From: Caulobacterales bacterium
Lineage (GTDB): Bacteria; Pseudomonadota; Alphaproteobacteria; Caulobacterales; Caulobacteraceae
DNA: 51,148 bases
Direction: 5' to 3'
NCBI GenBank assembly: GCA_027312185.1
Contig: DAICXL010000001.1
Span: 1-51,148, forward strand
Shown: piece after piece, positions 34,660 through 43,347 of the stretch
Layout of the letters: every line of letters begins with the position of its first letter
How positions within the stretch are numbered: position 1 is the stretch's first letter
Position numbers and translations under genes: made by a program
Notes under the pieces: model-generated
The model's input: only the letters and a program-made list of their open reading frames with translations
Databases searched by the model: none
What the model was told of the DNA's origin: nothing

Positions 34660-35763
34660 ATGAGGAAGGCGCTCTTGGGAGCCGCCGGCGCCGGCTTGTT
34701 GGCGCTGGCCTGCGCCCAACCGGCCAAGGCCCAGGAGGCGGGGGCCAACCCCTCCGGCGATCTCGAGATTCTCCCCGTGAAGGGTGCGGTCTGGGCCATA
34801 TTCGGCGCCGGCGGCAACATCACCGTTTCGGTCGGCAAGGACGGCGTCTTCATGGTCGACACCGGCCTCGCGGCGAACGCCGATCGGGTGCTGGCGGCCG
34901 TGCGGCGTATCCAGGCCATCGTCCAATTGCGCGAGGGGGCGCCTGGCCTGGGCTACGGGGCCGAGACCCGGGGCACGCTGCAGCGCTCGCTGAGCCCCCT
35001 GGATCCGCCCAAGCCGATCCGCTTCATCGTGGACACTCACGCCCACCCTGACCACGTCGGCGGCAACGCCAGGATCAGGGCGGCGGGCCGGACCTTCACC
35101 GGCGGCAATGTGGCCAACGATATCGGAGACGCGGCCGAAGGCGCCATGGTGATGGCGCACGAGAACGTTCAGTCCACCCTGACGAGCCCCCCGCCGGGGG
35201 TATCGCCCGCGGCCGACGACGGGCTGCCCACCACCACCTATTACGGAGCCGCGTCCAAGTTCAGCCACTTCTTCAATGGGGAGGGCATACAACTCTTCCA
35301 CCCGACCAACGCCCACACCGACGGCGACACCTACGTCTATTTCCGCGGCTCGGACGTGATCGCCACCGGCGACCTGTTCGTCCAGGACTCCTACCCGGTC
35401 ATCGATCTGGCGCGCGGCGGCACGATCAACGGCGTCATCGACGCGATCAACGCCATCATCGCCATCTCGGTCCCCGAGTACCGCACCGAGGGCGGGACCA
35501 TGATCGTACCCGGCCACGGTCGCATCTCTGACCTGGCCGACCTCGCCTACTACCGAGACATGATCACCATCATCCGCGACCGGGTGCAGGCGATGGTCGA
35601 TCGCAAGATGACCCTGGACCAGGTCAAGGCCGCCCGGCCGACTCGGGACTACGACCCTCGCTGGGGGGCCACGAGCGGCCCCTGGACCACCGACCAATTC
35701 GTTGAGGCGATCTACCGCAACCTGCAGCCGGTTGCGCGTGGTCGCGGGCAGGCGCGCCGATGA
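34660..35763 (+). CDS. Exported MBL-fold metallo-hydrolase
   Basis: Signal peptide MRKALLGAAGAGLLALACAQPAKAQ. HxHxDH motif in VDTHAHPDHVGGN. GGAGGA RBS. Confidence 0.8.
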   Translation: MRKALLGAAGAGLLALACAQPAKAQEAGANPSGDLEILPVKGAVWAIFGAGGNITVSVGKDGVFMVDTGLAANADRVLAAVRRIQAIVQLREGAPGLGYGAETRGTLQRSLSPLDPPKPIRFIVDTHAHPDHVGGNARIRAAGRTFTGGNVANDIGDAAEGAMVMAHENVQSTLTSPPPGVSPAADDGLPTTTYYGAASKFSHFFNGEGIQLFHPTNAHTDGDTYVYFRGSDVIATGDLFVQDSYPVIDLARGGTINGVIDAINAIIAISVPEYRTEGGTMIVPGHGRISDLADLAYYRDMITIIRDRVQAMVDRKMTLDQVKAARPTRDYDPRWGATSGPWTTDQFVEAIYRNLQPVARGRGQARR

Positions 35764-37301
35764 TCATGCAGATGCAACCCTCCCGGGCAGCCCGCGCGAC
35801 GCAGCGCCTCCTCCTCGCGGCCGTCGCCGCCTTTGTCGTCTCGTCCCCCGCCGCCGCCCAGGTCGACCTGAGCGGTGAATGGGGCGTGCGCTTCCATGAG
35901 GACAACCCCGAGCGGGGCACCGGGCCGGACCTCGGCGAATATTACGGCATCCCCCTCAGCGACGCGGCGCGCTGGCGCGGCGAGGCCTGGAACGGCGCCG
36001 TGATGACCGAGGCCGAGTGGCAGTGCCGCCCGCACGGGGCCGACTATATCTGGCGCGGGCCTTCGGCCTTGATGATCTCCAGGAAGATCGACCCCACCTC
36101 CCGCGACGTCACCGAATTCAATCTCGAGTGGCTGCGCTCCATCGAGCGGCCGGTCTATCTCGACGACCGCCCTGCCCCGTCGCCCAACGCCCCCCATACC
36201 TGGGCCGGCTTCTCCAAGGCCAAGTGGGTCGGCGACATGCTCATGGTGCAAACCACGCACCTGAAGGAGAGCTACCTGCGCCGCAACGGCCTGCCCCGCA
36301 GCGACAAGGCCACGCTCACCGAATATCTGATCCGCAACAACGACGTGCTGACCGCCGTCGCCCTGATGCACGACCCCGTCTACCTGACCGAGACCTTCAT
36401 CCGCACCACCGACTACGAGCTGGACCTCAAGCAGCATATCCCGCCCTACCCCTGCCACGTGGTCGAGGAGATCGACCGGCCGGCCGGCCAGGTGCCCCAC
36501 AATCCGATGAACTCGGACCGGTCCCAGGAAGAGTTCGCGGCCAAGTGGAAGATCCCGATCGATCAGGTGCGCGGCGGCGCGCGGACGATGTACCTGCCGG
36601 GCGCCCCGGTGAGTCCGGCCAAGGGACAGACGGGGGCCTCGACCCGTCCGGGCGTCCCGATCGATCTCACCGGGACCTGGATGGCGGTCGTCAGCGAGGA
36701 CTGGCGCTGGCGCATGATGACCCCGCCGAAGGGCGACTTCGCCAGCGTCCCTCTGAACACGGAAGGTCAGAAGGTTCTGGCCGCCTGGGACCCCGCGCGC
36801 GACGCCGGCGCCGGTCAGCAGTGCAAGGCCTACGGCGCTCCGGCGGTGATGCGCCGCCCGGGCCAGATCCGCATCTCCTGGGCGGACGAGCGGACGATGA
36901 AGCTCGAGACAGAGGCGGGAAACCAGGCCCGCAACTTCCTGTTCGGGGCTGAGCCCGCCCCGGCGGGCGGCGCCAGCCTGCAGGGCGTGTCGCGGGCCAA
37001 CTGGCAGACGCCGGGCCGTCCCGCGCGCGGGGCCGCGCCTCCGCCCGGCGGCTCGCTGCGGGTGGTCACCACCAATCTGTCCGAGGGCTACCTGCGCAAG
37101 AACGGCGTGCCCTACAGCGCCGGGGCCCGGTTGACCGAATACTACAACCGCATCGACGACCCTGACGGCGCCTCTTGGCTGATCGTCACCACGGTGGTGG
37201 AGGACCCGGCCTATCTGACCGGCCGCTTCATCACGAGCTCTCACTTCCGCCGGATGGTCGACGACAATCCCTGGACTCCCGCCCCCTGCACCGCGAACTG
37301 A
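35760..37301 (+). CDS. Secreted protein of unknown function with an internal domain duplication
   Basis: ATG overlaps the MBL gene stop (ATGA). Signal peptide ...VVSSPAAAQ. Two repeats: LSGEWGVRFHED / LTGTWMAVVSED; ESYLRRNGLPRSDKATLTEY / EGYLRKNGVPYSAGARLTEY; HDPVYLTETFIRTTDY / EDPAYLTGRFITSSHF. Confidence 0.6.
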   Translation: MIMQMQPSRAARATQRLLLAAVAAFVVSSPAAAQVDLSGEWGVRFHEDNPERGTGPDLGEYYGIPLSDAARWRGEAWNGAVMTEAEWQCRPHGADYIWRGPSALMISRKIDPTSRDVTEFNLEWLRSIERPVYLDDRPAPSPNAPHTWAGFSKAKWVGDMLMVQTTHLKESYLRRNGLPRSDKATLTEYLIRNNDVLTAVALMHDPVYLTETFIRTTDYELDLKQHIPPYPCHVVEEIDRPAGQVPHNPMNSDRSQEEFAAKWKIPIDQVRGGARTMYLPGAPVSPAKGQTGASTRPGVPIDLTGTWMAVVSEDWRWRMMTPPKGDFASVPLNTEGQKVLAAWDPARDAGAGQQCKAYGAPAVMRRPGQIRISWADERTMKLETEAGNQARNFLFGAEPAPAGGASLQGVSRANWQTPGRPARGAAPPPGGSLRVVTTNLSEGYLRKNGVPYSAGARLTEYYNRIDDPDGASWLIVTTVVEDPAYLTGRFITSSHFRRMVDDNPWTPAPCTAN

Positions 37302-37307
37302 CGCCAT

Positions 37308-37340
37308 GAAAAAAGCCCCGCCGTCGCCGGCGGGGCTCTC
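37308..37340 (-). terminator. Rho-independent terminator of the dienelactone-hydrolase gene (minus strand)
   Basis: Minus-strand AGCCCCGCCGgcgaCGGCGGGGCU followed by UUUUUUCA. It lies between stop 37301 (+) and stop 37361 (-). Confidence 0.6.
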
Positions 37341-37360
37341 ATGATCCGGTCCGTGAACGC

Positions 37361-38245
37361 CTAGGCGATCGTCGTCTTGTACAGGGCCATCAGCTCGTTC
37401 CACGCCTTCTCGGCCTGGGCTTCGTTGTACGCGGCGCCATCCTTGACGCACCAGCCGTGGTTGGCCGGATAGACCTCGACGGTGGCCTTCTTCCTGGTGT
37501 CGGCGAAGGTCTTCCTCAGCGTCTCCTTCACCGTCGTGTCCTGCGCGTCGTCGTTCTGGGCGACGGCGATGATGTAGGAGGCGTTGGTCTTGCCGATCAG
37601 CAGGTGCGGGCTGCTCGGCTCCTTGGTGACGAGGCCGCCGCCGTGGAAGCTGCCGACCGCCGCCACGCGGCCAGGGACGGCCGCCGCGGTGCGCACCACC
37701 AACGGGCCGCCCATGCAGTAGCCCTGGGTGCCGACCTTCTTGGCCTTGTTGGTCTGGGGCTGGGCGTCGAGGAAGGCGATGAAGGCCTTGGCGTCGTTGT
37801 CGATGCCGGGGTCGGTCATGGCGGCGCGCAGGGCGAACACCTTGGCGCGGTCTTCCGGCTTGCTGAAGTCGAAGGCGCCGTCCACCACCGGCGCCCGCTT
37901 GGAGCGGTAGAACGGGTTGGGGACCAGCACCACATAGCCCTCGGCCGCCAGCCGGCGGCCCATGTCGCGGAAGGCGGGGCGCAGGCCCAGGATGTCGGTC
38001 CAGATCAGCACCGCCGGCCAGGTTCCTCGCCCTTGCGGGTAGTAGAGGGCGGCGTCGGCGGTCCCGTCGGGGGTCTTCACCTCGACGTCCTTCTCGACCA
38101 CGTTGGAAGCCGCGGCCTGGGCCGCGCTCGCCACGCCCGTGGCCGCGACGGTCATCAGGCCGAACGTGCGGCGCGAGACGGTGGGGTCCAGCACGACGCC
38201 GGGGTCGAGCATCATCTTGCCGTTATGGATATCGTCGTCACACAT
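37361..38245 (-). CDS. TAT-exported dienelactone hydrolase family protein
   Basis: Twin-arginine signal VSRRTFGLMTVAATGVASAAQA. Nucleophile motif GYCMGG. GGGAGGA RBS lies 8 nt upstream of ATG 38245. Confidence 0.8.
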   Translation of the reverse strand: MCDDDIHNGKMMLDPGVVLDPTVSRRTFGLMTVAATGVASAAQAAASNVVEKDVEVKTPDGTADAALYYPQGRGTWPAVLIWTDILGLRPAFRDMGRRLAAEGYVVLVPNPFYRSKRAPVVDGAFDFSKPEDRAKVFALRAAMTDPGIDNDAKAFIAFLDAQPQTNKAKKVGTQGYCMGGPLVVRTAAAVPGRVAAVGSFHGGGLVTKEPSSPHLLIGKTNASYIIAVAQNDDAQDTTVKETLRKTFADTRKKATVEVYPANHGWCVKDGAAYNEAQAEKAWNELMALYKTTIA

Positions 38246-38382
38246 CTTGGCGTTCCTCCCGGAAGCTCGTTTTCAAGCGGCGCGATGTTGCTTCGACTTC
38301 TCCTCTCGGGAAAGGGGCTATCGCAGTCCGCCGTGGTCCTGCATTCAATACGCATAGCGGGGCTGAAGAACCGGGGGGAGAC

Positions 38383-39534
38383 ATGATCAAGCTGTCGAGA
38401 GTTGGCGTGCGCGCGGTGCTGACGGCCTGCGCCCTGGGACTTGCAGCGTCGGCCGGGGCCGCGCTCGGCCACGACAGCAGCGACCTCGTCAGGGTCGACC
38501 ACTATGTGAAGACACGCTCCACCGCCCCGGCCATGGCCGGCCGCGACGCCATGCTCTACGTCCGTGAGGTGGTGAAGCCCGGGCCCGCACTGCGCGGAGC
38601 GACCCCTGAGGTCGTGCTGTTCGTGCATGGGGCCGGCACCCCCGCCGAAGTCGGCTTCGACGTGCCGTACAAGGACTATAGCTGGATGGCCTATCTGGCC
38701 GAGGCCGGCTTCGACGTGTTCTCGATGGACATGACCGGTTACGGTCGCTCCAGCCGGCCGGCGGCGATGAACGACGCCTGCAATCTGGCGCGCGACGCGC
38801 AAGGCCTCATCGTGCCCAGCGCGCTTTCCGGGCCCTGCGCCCCCAGCTACACCCGTCCGATCACCACCATGAGCTCGGACTGGGACGACATCGGCGCGGT
38901 GGTCGACAAGCTCCGGGCCCTGCGGCGGGTGGAGAAGGTTTCCTTGGTCGCCTGGTCGCAGGGCGGGCCGCGCGCCGGCGGCTACGCCGCGCGCAATCCC
39001 GGCAAGGTCAACCGGCTGGTCGTGCTCGCCCCGGCCTACAACCGCACCATGCCGACCGCCGGCCCGGCGACCCTGCCGACCGTCGAGGCCCCGATGAGCC
39101 TGCAGACCCGCGATCAGTTCGTGGCCAATTGGGATCGCCAAGTCGGCTGCGCGGCGCAATACGAGCCGGAGGTCAGCGCGTCGGTATGGCGCGAGATGCT
39201 GGCGTCCGATCCTGTGGCCGCCACCTGGGGCCCGGGCGGGCGCACCGCCCCGATCGTGCCGAGCTGGGGCTTCAACCAGGAAATCGTGGCCAAGATGCAG
39301 ACCCCGTTCCTGATGGTGGCCCCGATCCACGACAAGCAGGTCCTGCCCGAGCGCGTCCACGAACTCTACGCCGACCTGGGCTCCAGCCAGAAGGTGCTGA
39401 TCGACCTCGGCTGCTCTTCCCACAACGCCATGTGGGAGAAGAACCACCTGCTGCTGTTCAAGGCCACGGCCGACTGGCTGCGCGACGGCAAGGTGGGCGG
39501 CGCCAGCCAGGGCGTGATCAAGATGGGCTACTAG
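38383..39534 (+). CDS. Exported alpha/beta-fold hydrolase
   Basis: Signal peptide MIKLSRVGVRAVLTACALGLAASAGAALG. LFVHGAG oxyanion region. Nucleophile elbow LVAWSQGG. GGGGGGAG RBS. Confidence 0.75.
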   Translation: MIKLSRVGVRAVLTACALGLAASAGAALGHDSSDLVRVDHYVKTRSTAPAMAGRDAMLYVREVVKPGPALRGATPEVVLFVHGAGTPAEVGFDVPYKDYSWMAYLAEAGFDVFSMDMTGYGRSSRPAAMNDACNLARDAQGLIVPSALSGPCAPSYTRPITTMSSDWDDIGAVVDKLRALRRVEKVSLVAWSQGGPRAGGYAARNPGKVNRLVVLAPAYNRTMPTAGPATLPTVEAPMSLQTRDQFVANWDRQVGCAAQYEPEVSASVWREMLASDPVAATWGPGGRTAPIVPSWGFNQEIVAKMQTPFLMVAPIHDKQVLPERVHELYADLGSSQKVLIDLGCSSHNAMWEKNHLLLFKATADWLRDGKVGGASQGVIKMGY

Positions 39535-40568
39535 CCCAGCCGTCCCCGCGCGATCGCCGCGCCCTGCGCCAGGGCCTTCAGCTTCCCGAAGGCCACGTCG
39601 CGGGGCATGTACTTCATGCCGCAGTCGGGGGCGGCGACGATCTTTTCGGGCTCCACGAACGGATAGGCCGCCTCGATCCGCTCCGCCACGGCCTCAGGGG
39701 TCTCGATCTCCATCGCGCCGAGGTCCAGCACCCCCAGCATGATGGTCTTGCCGGCCAGCTCGCGCAGGATGCCGAGGTCGAGGCGGGGCTGGGCCGCCTC
39801 GATGGAGACCTGGGTGGCGATGGTGTCGGCGAACTGGGCCAGGAAGCTGTAGCCGGAGGGTTTGTCGGCGACCACATGGGCGTAGCCGAAGCAGACGTGC
39901 ACGGCGGTGTCGCCTTCGATCCCCGCCAGCGCCCGGTTCACCGCCGCGATCCCGAAGCGCTGGGCCTCTTGCGGAAAGGCCTGCATCCACGGCTCGTCGA
40001 GCTGGACCACGTCGATCCCGGCGGCCTTGATCTCGCGGAGTTCCTCGTTGACCACGGCGGCGAAGGCCATCGCGACCTCTTCCGGGTCGCCGTAGTGCTC
40101 GTCCTTCATCTGCCGGCTGAGGGTGAAGGGGCCGGGCATGGTGATCTTGGTCCGCCGGGTGGCGACCGCGCACAGGAATTCGGCGTCGCGCACCTCGACC
40201 GCCGCCCTGCGCCGGATAGGGCCAACGATGCGCGGCACGATCACGGGTATGCCGGTGCGGCCGGTGACGGTGGCGGTCTCGTCCGTGTCGATCCCGGCCA
40301 GCTCCAGGCCGAAGCGGGTGCCATAGCTCTCGCGGCGGATCTCGCCATCGGTGACGATGTCGATGCCGGCGGCCTCCATCTCCAGCACGGCCAGGCGGGT
40401 GGCGTCGTCCTTGGCGGCGTCGAGGTAGGGCTCGGGCACCCGCCAGATCTCCGGCATGTGGGTGCGGGCCACCTTGCTGCGCAGCAGTTGCCGGTTCACC
40501 AGCCATTCCGGGGGCGGATAGCTGCCGACCACGGTGGTCGGGATAAGCCTGGTCGGATCCGGCATCAT
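39531..40568 (-). CDS. Cobalamin-independent methionine synthase (MetE C-terminal domain)-like methyltransferase
   Basis: N-terminus TTVVGSYPPPEWL. Zinc-ligand-like VHVCFGY and APDCGMK. 345 aa (single catalytic-domain form). AAGAGGA RBS. Confidence 0.8.
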   Translation of the reverse strand: MMPDPTRLIPTTVVGSYPPPEWLVNRQLLRSKVARTHMPEIWRVPEPYLDAAKDDATRLAVLEMEAAGIDIVTDGEIRRESYGTRFGLELAGIDTDETATVTGRTGIPVIVPRIVGPIRRRAAVEVRDAEFLCAVATRRTKITMPGPFTLSRQMKDEHYGDPEEVAMAFAAVVNEELREIKAAGIDVVQLDEPWMQAFPQEAQRFGIAAVNRALAGIEGDTAVHVCFGYAHVVADKPSGYSFLAQFADTIATQVSIEAAQPRLDLGILRELAGKTIMLGVLDLGAMEIETPEAVAERIEAAYPFVEPEKIVAAPDCGMKYMPRDVAFGKLKALAQGAAIARGRLG

Positions 40569-40696
40569 GTTTCCTCTTATTTCAGCATCTTCCCCCGCGC
40601 TTCAGCTTTGCGTCAAGCAAACCCTCGGATTTGTTCGAGTTTACCGATGGCAAGAATACTGGTTGCTAAAGCAACAATTGGCGGCGTAGGCCCGCC

Positions 40697-41746
40697 TCAG
40701 CCCAGCTTGAGCAGCCGCTGCAGATTGCCGCCCAGCATCGCGGTCTTCTGGGCGTCGGTGAAGTGGCGGGAGCTGGCGATGATGTCGATGGTGTCTGGCC
40801 AGACGTAGGGCAGGTCCGAGCCGTAGACGATCTGGCTGGGCCCCACCTCGGCGGCGAGGTGGCGCAGGCCTTCTTCGGAGAACACCATGGAGTCGACCAG
40901 GATCTGGCCCTTGAAATAGGCCGACGGCGGCTTGGCGTTGGCGCAGTCCGCCCCGTCGCGGACACAGGCCGCGTCGCTGCGGCCGAGGTAGGACGGCAGG
41001 TAGCCGCCCCCGTGGGCCGCGCACAGCTTGAGCCGCGGGAAACGGTCGAACACCCCGTCGAAGATCATCCGGCTGAGGAAGAGCGTGGTCTCCAGCGGGT
41101 TGCCGATGATGTTGTCCACCCCGCCGCGGCCGGCCCAGGCCCCCTCGCGGGCGATGTTGGCGGCGCTGTTGGGGTGCATGAAGACGGGGACGTCCAGTTC
41201 CTGGCACTTGGCCCAGAAGGGATCGTACCGGGCCGTGGTCGGGCTCTCGCCGGCCACATGGCCGCCGATCGACGCGCCCTTGTGGCCGAGGTCGCGCACG
41301 GCCCGCTCCAGCTGGCGCGCCGCCAGCTGCGGGTGCTGCAATGACACCGAACTGAGGGCCACGACCCGGCCCGGATAGGCGGCCGCCAGCTCGGCCAGGC
41401 CCTCGTCGTGGGTTCGCACGATGCGGTCGGCCAGGGCCTCGTCGGCGGCGTACCACCAGAAGAAATTGACGGTCAGCACCTGTACGTCGATGCCGCGCCG
41501 GTCCATCTCGGCGATCCGCTGCGGGCCGAAGATCACCAGGGGCTGGATGGTCCGGGCGAGCGGCGTGCCGGCGATTATCGGCTCGACCGCCTTGAAGGCG
41601 CAGTGCCCATGGACGTCGATCACCCGGGCCGGCCGGCCGCCGATCCGCACCACCTTGCGCGCGGGCCCCGCTCCGGCCTTGGTCGCCAGGGCCACGGCCC
41701 CCGCACCGCCAAGGAACGCCCGTCGGCTGGTCTGGTCAGATGTCAT
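40697..41746 (-). CDS. Amidohydrolase_2 (ACMSD/LigW-type decarboxylase or hydratase) family protein carrying a TAT signal
   Basis: ATG 41746 gives MTSDQTSRRAFLGGAGAVALATKAGA. Metal motifs IDVHGHC, MHPN, CAAHGGG and YGSDLPY. The longer ORF start 41803 adds 19 aa with no RBS. Confidence 0.75.
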   Translation of the reverse strand: MTSDQTSRRAFLGGAGAVALATKAGAGPARKVVRIGGRPARVIDVHGHCAFKAVEPIIAGTPLARTIQPLVIFGPQRIAEMDRRGIDVQVLTVNFFWWYAADEALADRIVRTHDEGLAELAAAYPGRVVALSSVSLQHPQLAARQLERAVRDLGHKGASIGGHVAGESPTTARYDPFWAKCQELDVPVFMHPNSAANIAREGAWAGRGGVDNIIGNPLETTLFLSRMIFDGVFDRFPRLKLCAAHGGGYLPSYLGRSDAACVRDGADCANAKPPSAYFKGQILVDSMVFSEEGLRHLAAEVGPSQIVYGSDLPYVWPDTIDIIASSRHFTDAQKTAMLGGNLQRLLKLG

Positions 41747-41812
41747 CGCCGCCCCCCGCTCTTGTCTTTTCACCAGAACAGACCGGAGGAGCGAAGATTG
41801 CAACGGCGCGCG

Positions 41813-42316
41813 CTAATCCTCGCCGGCCGCGCCCGACTGGCTCAAGCGGCGCAGCAGGGTCATCAGCTGGCCCAGTTCCTTGGGGGTGAACAGCGCCTTG
41901 ATCCGCGCCTCGTGCCCGGCGATCAGGGCGCGCGCCTCGTCCAGCACCTGGACGCCTTCGGCCGTGAGGTAGAGCTCCTGGCGGCGGCGGTCGATCCGCG
42001 ACGGGGTGCGCAGCAGGAATCCCCGGTTCTGCAGCCGGTCGATGATCGCCATCATGGTGGCGCGGTCGGTCCCCAGGGTGGTGGCCAGCGCGATCTGGGA
42101 GCAGCCCGGGTTGGCGCTGACGAGGGTCATCACCGCGCACTGCTTCTGGGTCAGGTCGAGGTCCCGCAGGGTGAACAGGAAATCGCGGTGGAAGGCGGCC
42201 TGGGCCTGTTTGACGTGGAAGCCGAGCAGCTCTTCCAGGCCTTCGAGCGACAGGTCGTCGGAGATGGCGGGGGTGTCCGCTTCCGCGGCTGCGCGCCGCG
42301 CCTGCATGCGTGCCAT
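41813..42316 (-). CDS. MarR family transcriptional regulator (FerR-like position, divergent from ech)
   Basis: LTQKQCAVMTLVSANPGCSQIALATTLGTDRATMMAIIDRLQNRGFLLRTPSRIDRRRQELYLT is a typical MarR wHTH. Confidence 0.85.
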   Translation of the reverse strand: MARMQARRAAAEADTPAISDDLSLEGLEELLGFHVKQAQAAFHRDFLFTLRDLDLTQKQCAVMTLVSANPGCSQIALATTLGTDRATMMAIIDRLQNRGFLLRTPSRIDRRRQELYLTAEGVQVLDEARALIAGHEARIKALFTPKELGQLMTLLRRLSQSGAAGED

Positions 42317-42503
42317 CGCGGGCGTAGACCTCGTTTACCGTCGCGCCAGTATCGGGCCTTGCCTGCCTGCGGCAAGCGAAAATACCTTCGATCCGGGCGG
42401 GCGGACTAAGACCTTCGTCGCGCATGACTGTTGCGTCCGCCCGGCATATTTGTATGTTTAACTAACAATTGGCCCGCCGGGCCTCATAGCGGGGAGACCG
42501 TGC

Positions 42504-43331
42504 ATGGACGATGCGCTTCGCAAGGAGACGGTCTACGTCGAGTTCGAGGACCGGGTGGCCTGGGTCACCCTGAACCGGCCCGACAAGCGCAACGCCATGA
42601 GCCCGCAGCTCAACCGCGACATGCTGCAGGTCCTCGACGCGCTGGAGGTCGACGACCGCTGCGGCGTGGTGGTGCTCACCGGCGCCGGCCAGTCCTTCTC
42701 CGCCGGCATGGACCTCAAGGAGTACTTCCGGGAGAACGAGGGCAAGGGGCGCATGGCCACCATCCGCGCCCGGCGGGAGTCCGCCGGTTGGTGGAACCGG
42801 CTGATGTGGTTCGAGAAGGCCACCATCGCCATGGTCAACGGCTGGTGCTTCGGTGGCGCCTTCACGCCGCTGGTCGCCTGCGACCTGGCCATCGCCGCCG
42901 AGGAGGCGACCTTCGGCCTGTCGGAGATCAACTGGGGCATCTTGCCAGGCGGCAACGTCACCCGCGCCGTCGCCGAGGTGATGAGCCACCGCGACGCCCT
43001 CTACTACATCATGACCGGCCTGCCCTTCGACGGGAAGAAGGCGGCCGAGATGCGGCTGGTCAACGAGGCCGTGCCCCTGGCCCAGCTGCGCCAGCGCACC
43101 CGCGCCCTGGCCGACGTCCTGCTGGAGAAGAACCCCACCGTGATGAAGGCGGCCAAGGACACCTACAAGCGCAGCAAGACCCTGCCGTGGGACCTGTCCG
43201 ACGACTACATCTACGCCAAGCTGGAGCAGATGCTGCTGATCGACGAGAGTAAGGGCCGGGAAAAGGGCCTGAAGCAGTTCCTCGACGACAAAACGCTGAA
43301 GCCGGGCCTGCAGACCTACAAGAACGAATAG
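42504..43331 (+). CDS. ech: 4-hydroxycinnamoyl-CoA (feruloyl-CoA) hydratase/lyase
   Basis: Near-collinear similarity to my recollection of Pseudomonas HCHL: NRPxKRNAMSP, LTGAG..(F/W)(S/T)AGMDLKEYFRE, TIAMVNGWCFGG.F.PLVACDLAI..EATFGLSEINWGI.PG, YYIMTG..F.G.KAAEM.LVNE.VPLAQLR, KQFLDDK..KPGLQ.YK. Confidence 0.85.
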   Translation: MDDALRKETVYVEFEDRVAWVTLNRPDKRNAMSPQLNRDMLQVLDALEVDDRCGVVVLTGAGQSFSAGMDLKEYFRENEGKGRMATIRARRESAGWWNRLMWFEKATIAMVNGWCFGGAFTPLVACDLAIAAEEATFGLSEINWGILPGGNVTRAVAEVMSHRDALYYIMTGLPFDGKKAAEMRLVNEAVPLAQLRQRTRALADVLLEKNPTVMKAAKDTYKRSKTLPWDLSDDYIYAKLEQMLLIDESKGREKGLKQFLDDKTLKPGLQTYKNE

Positions 43332-43347
43332 GGCGGAGACTAGACCG

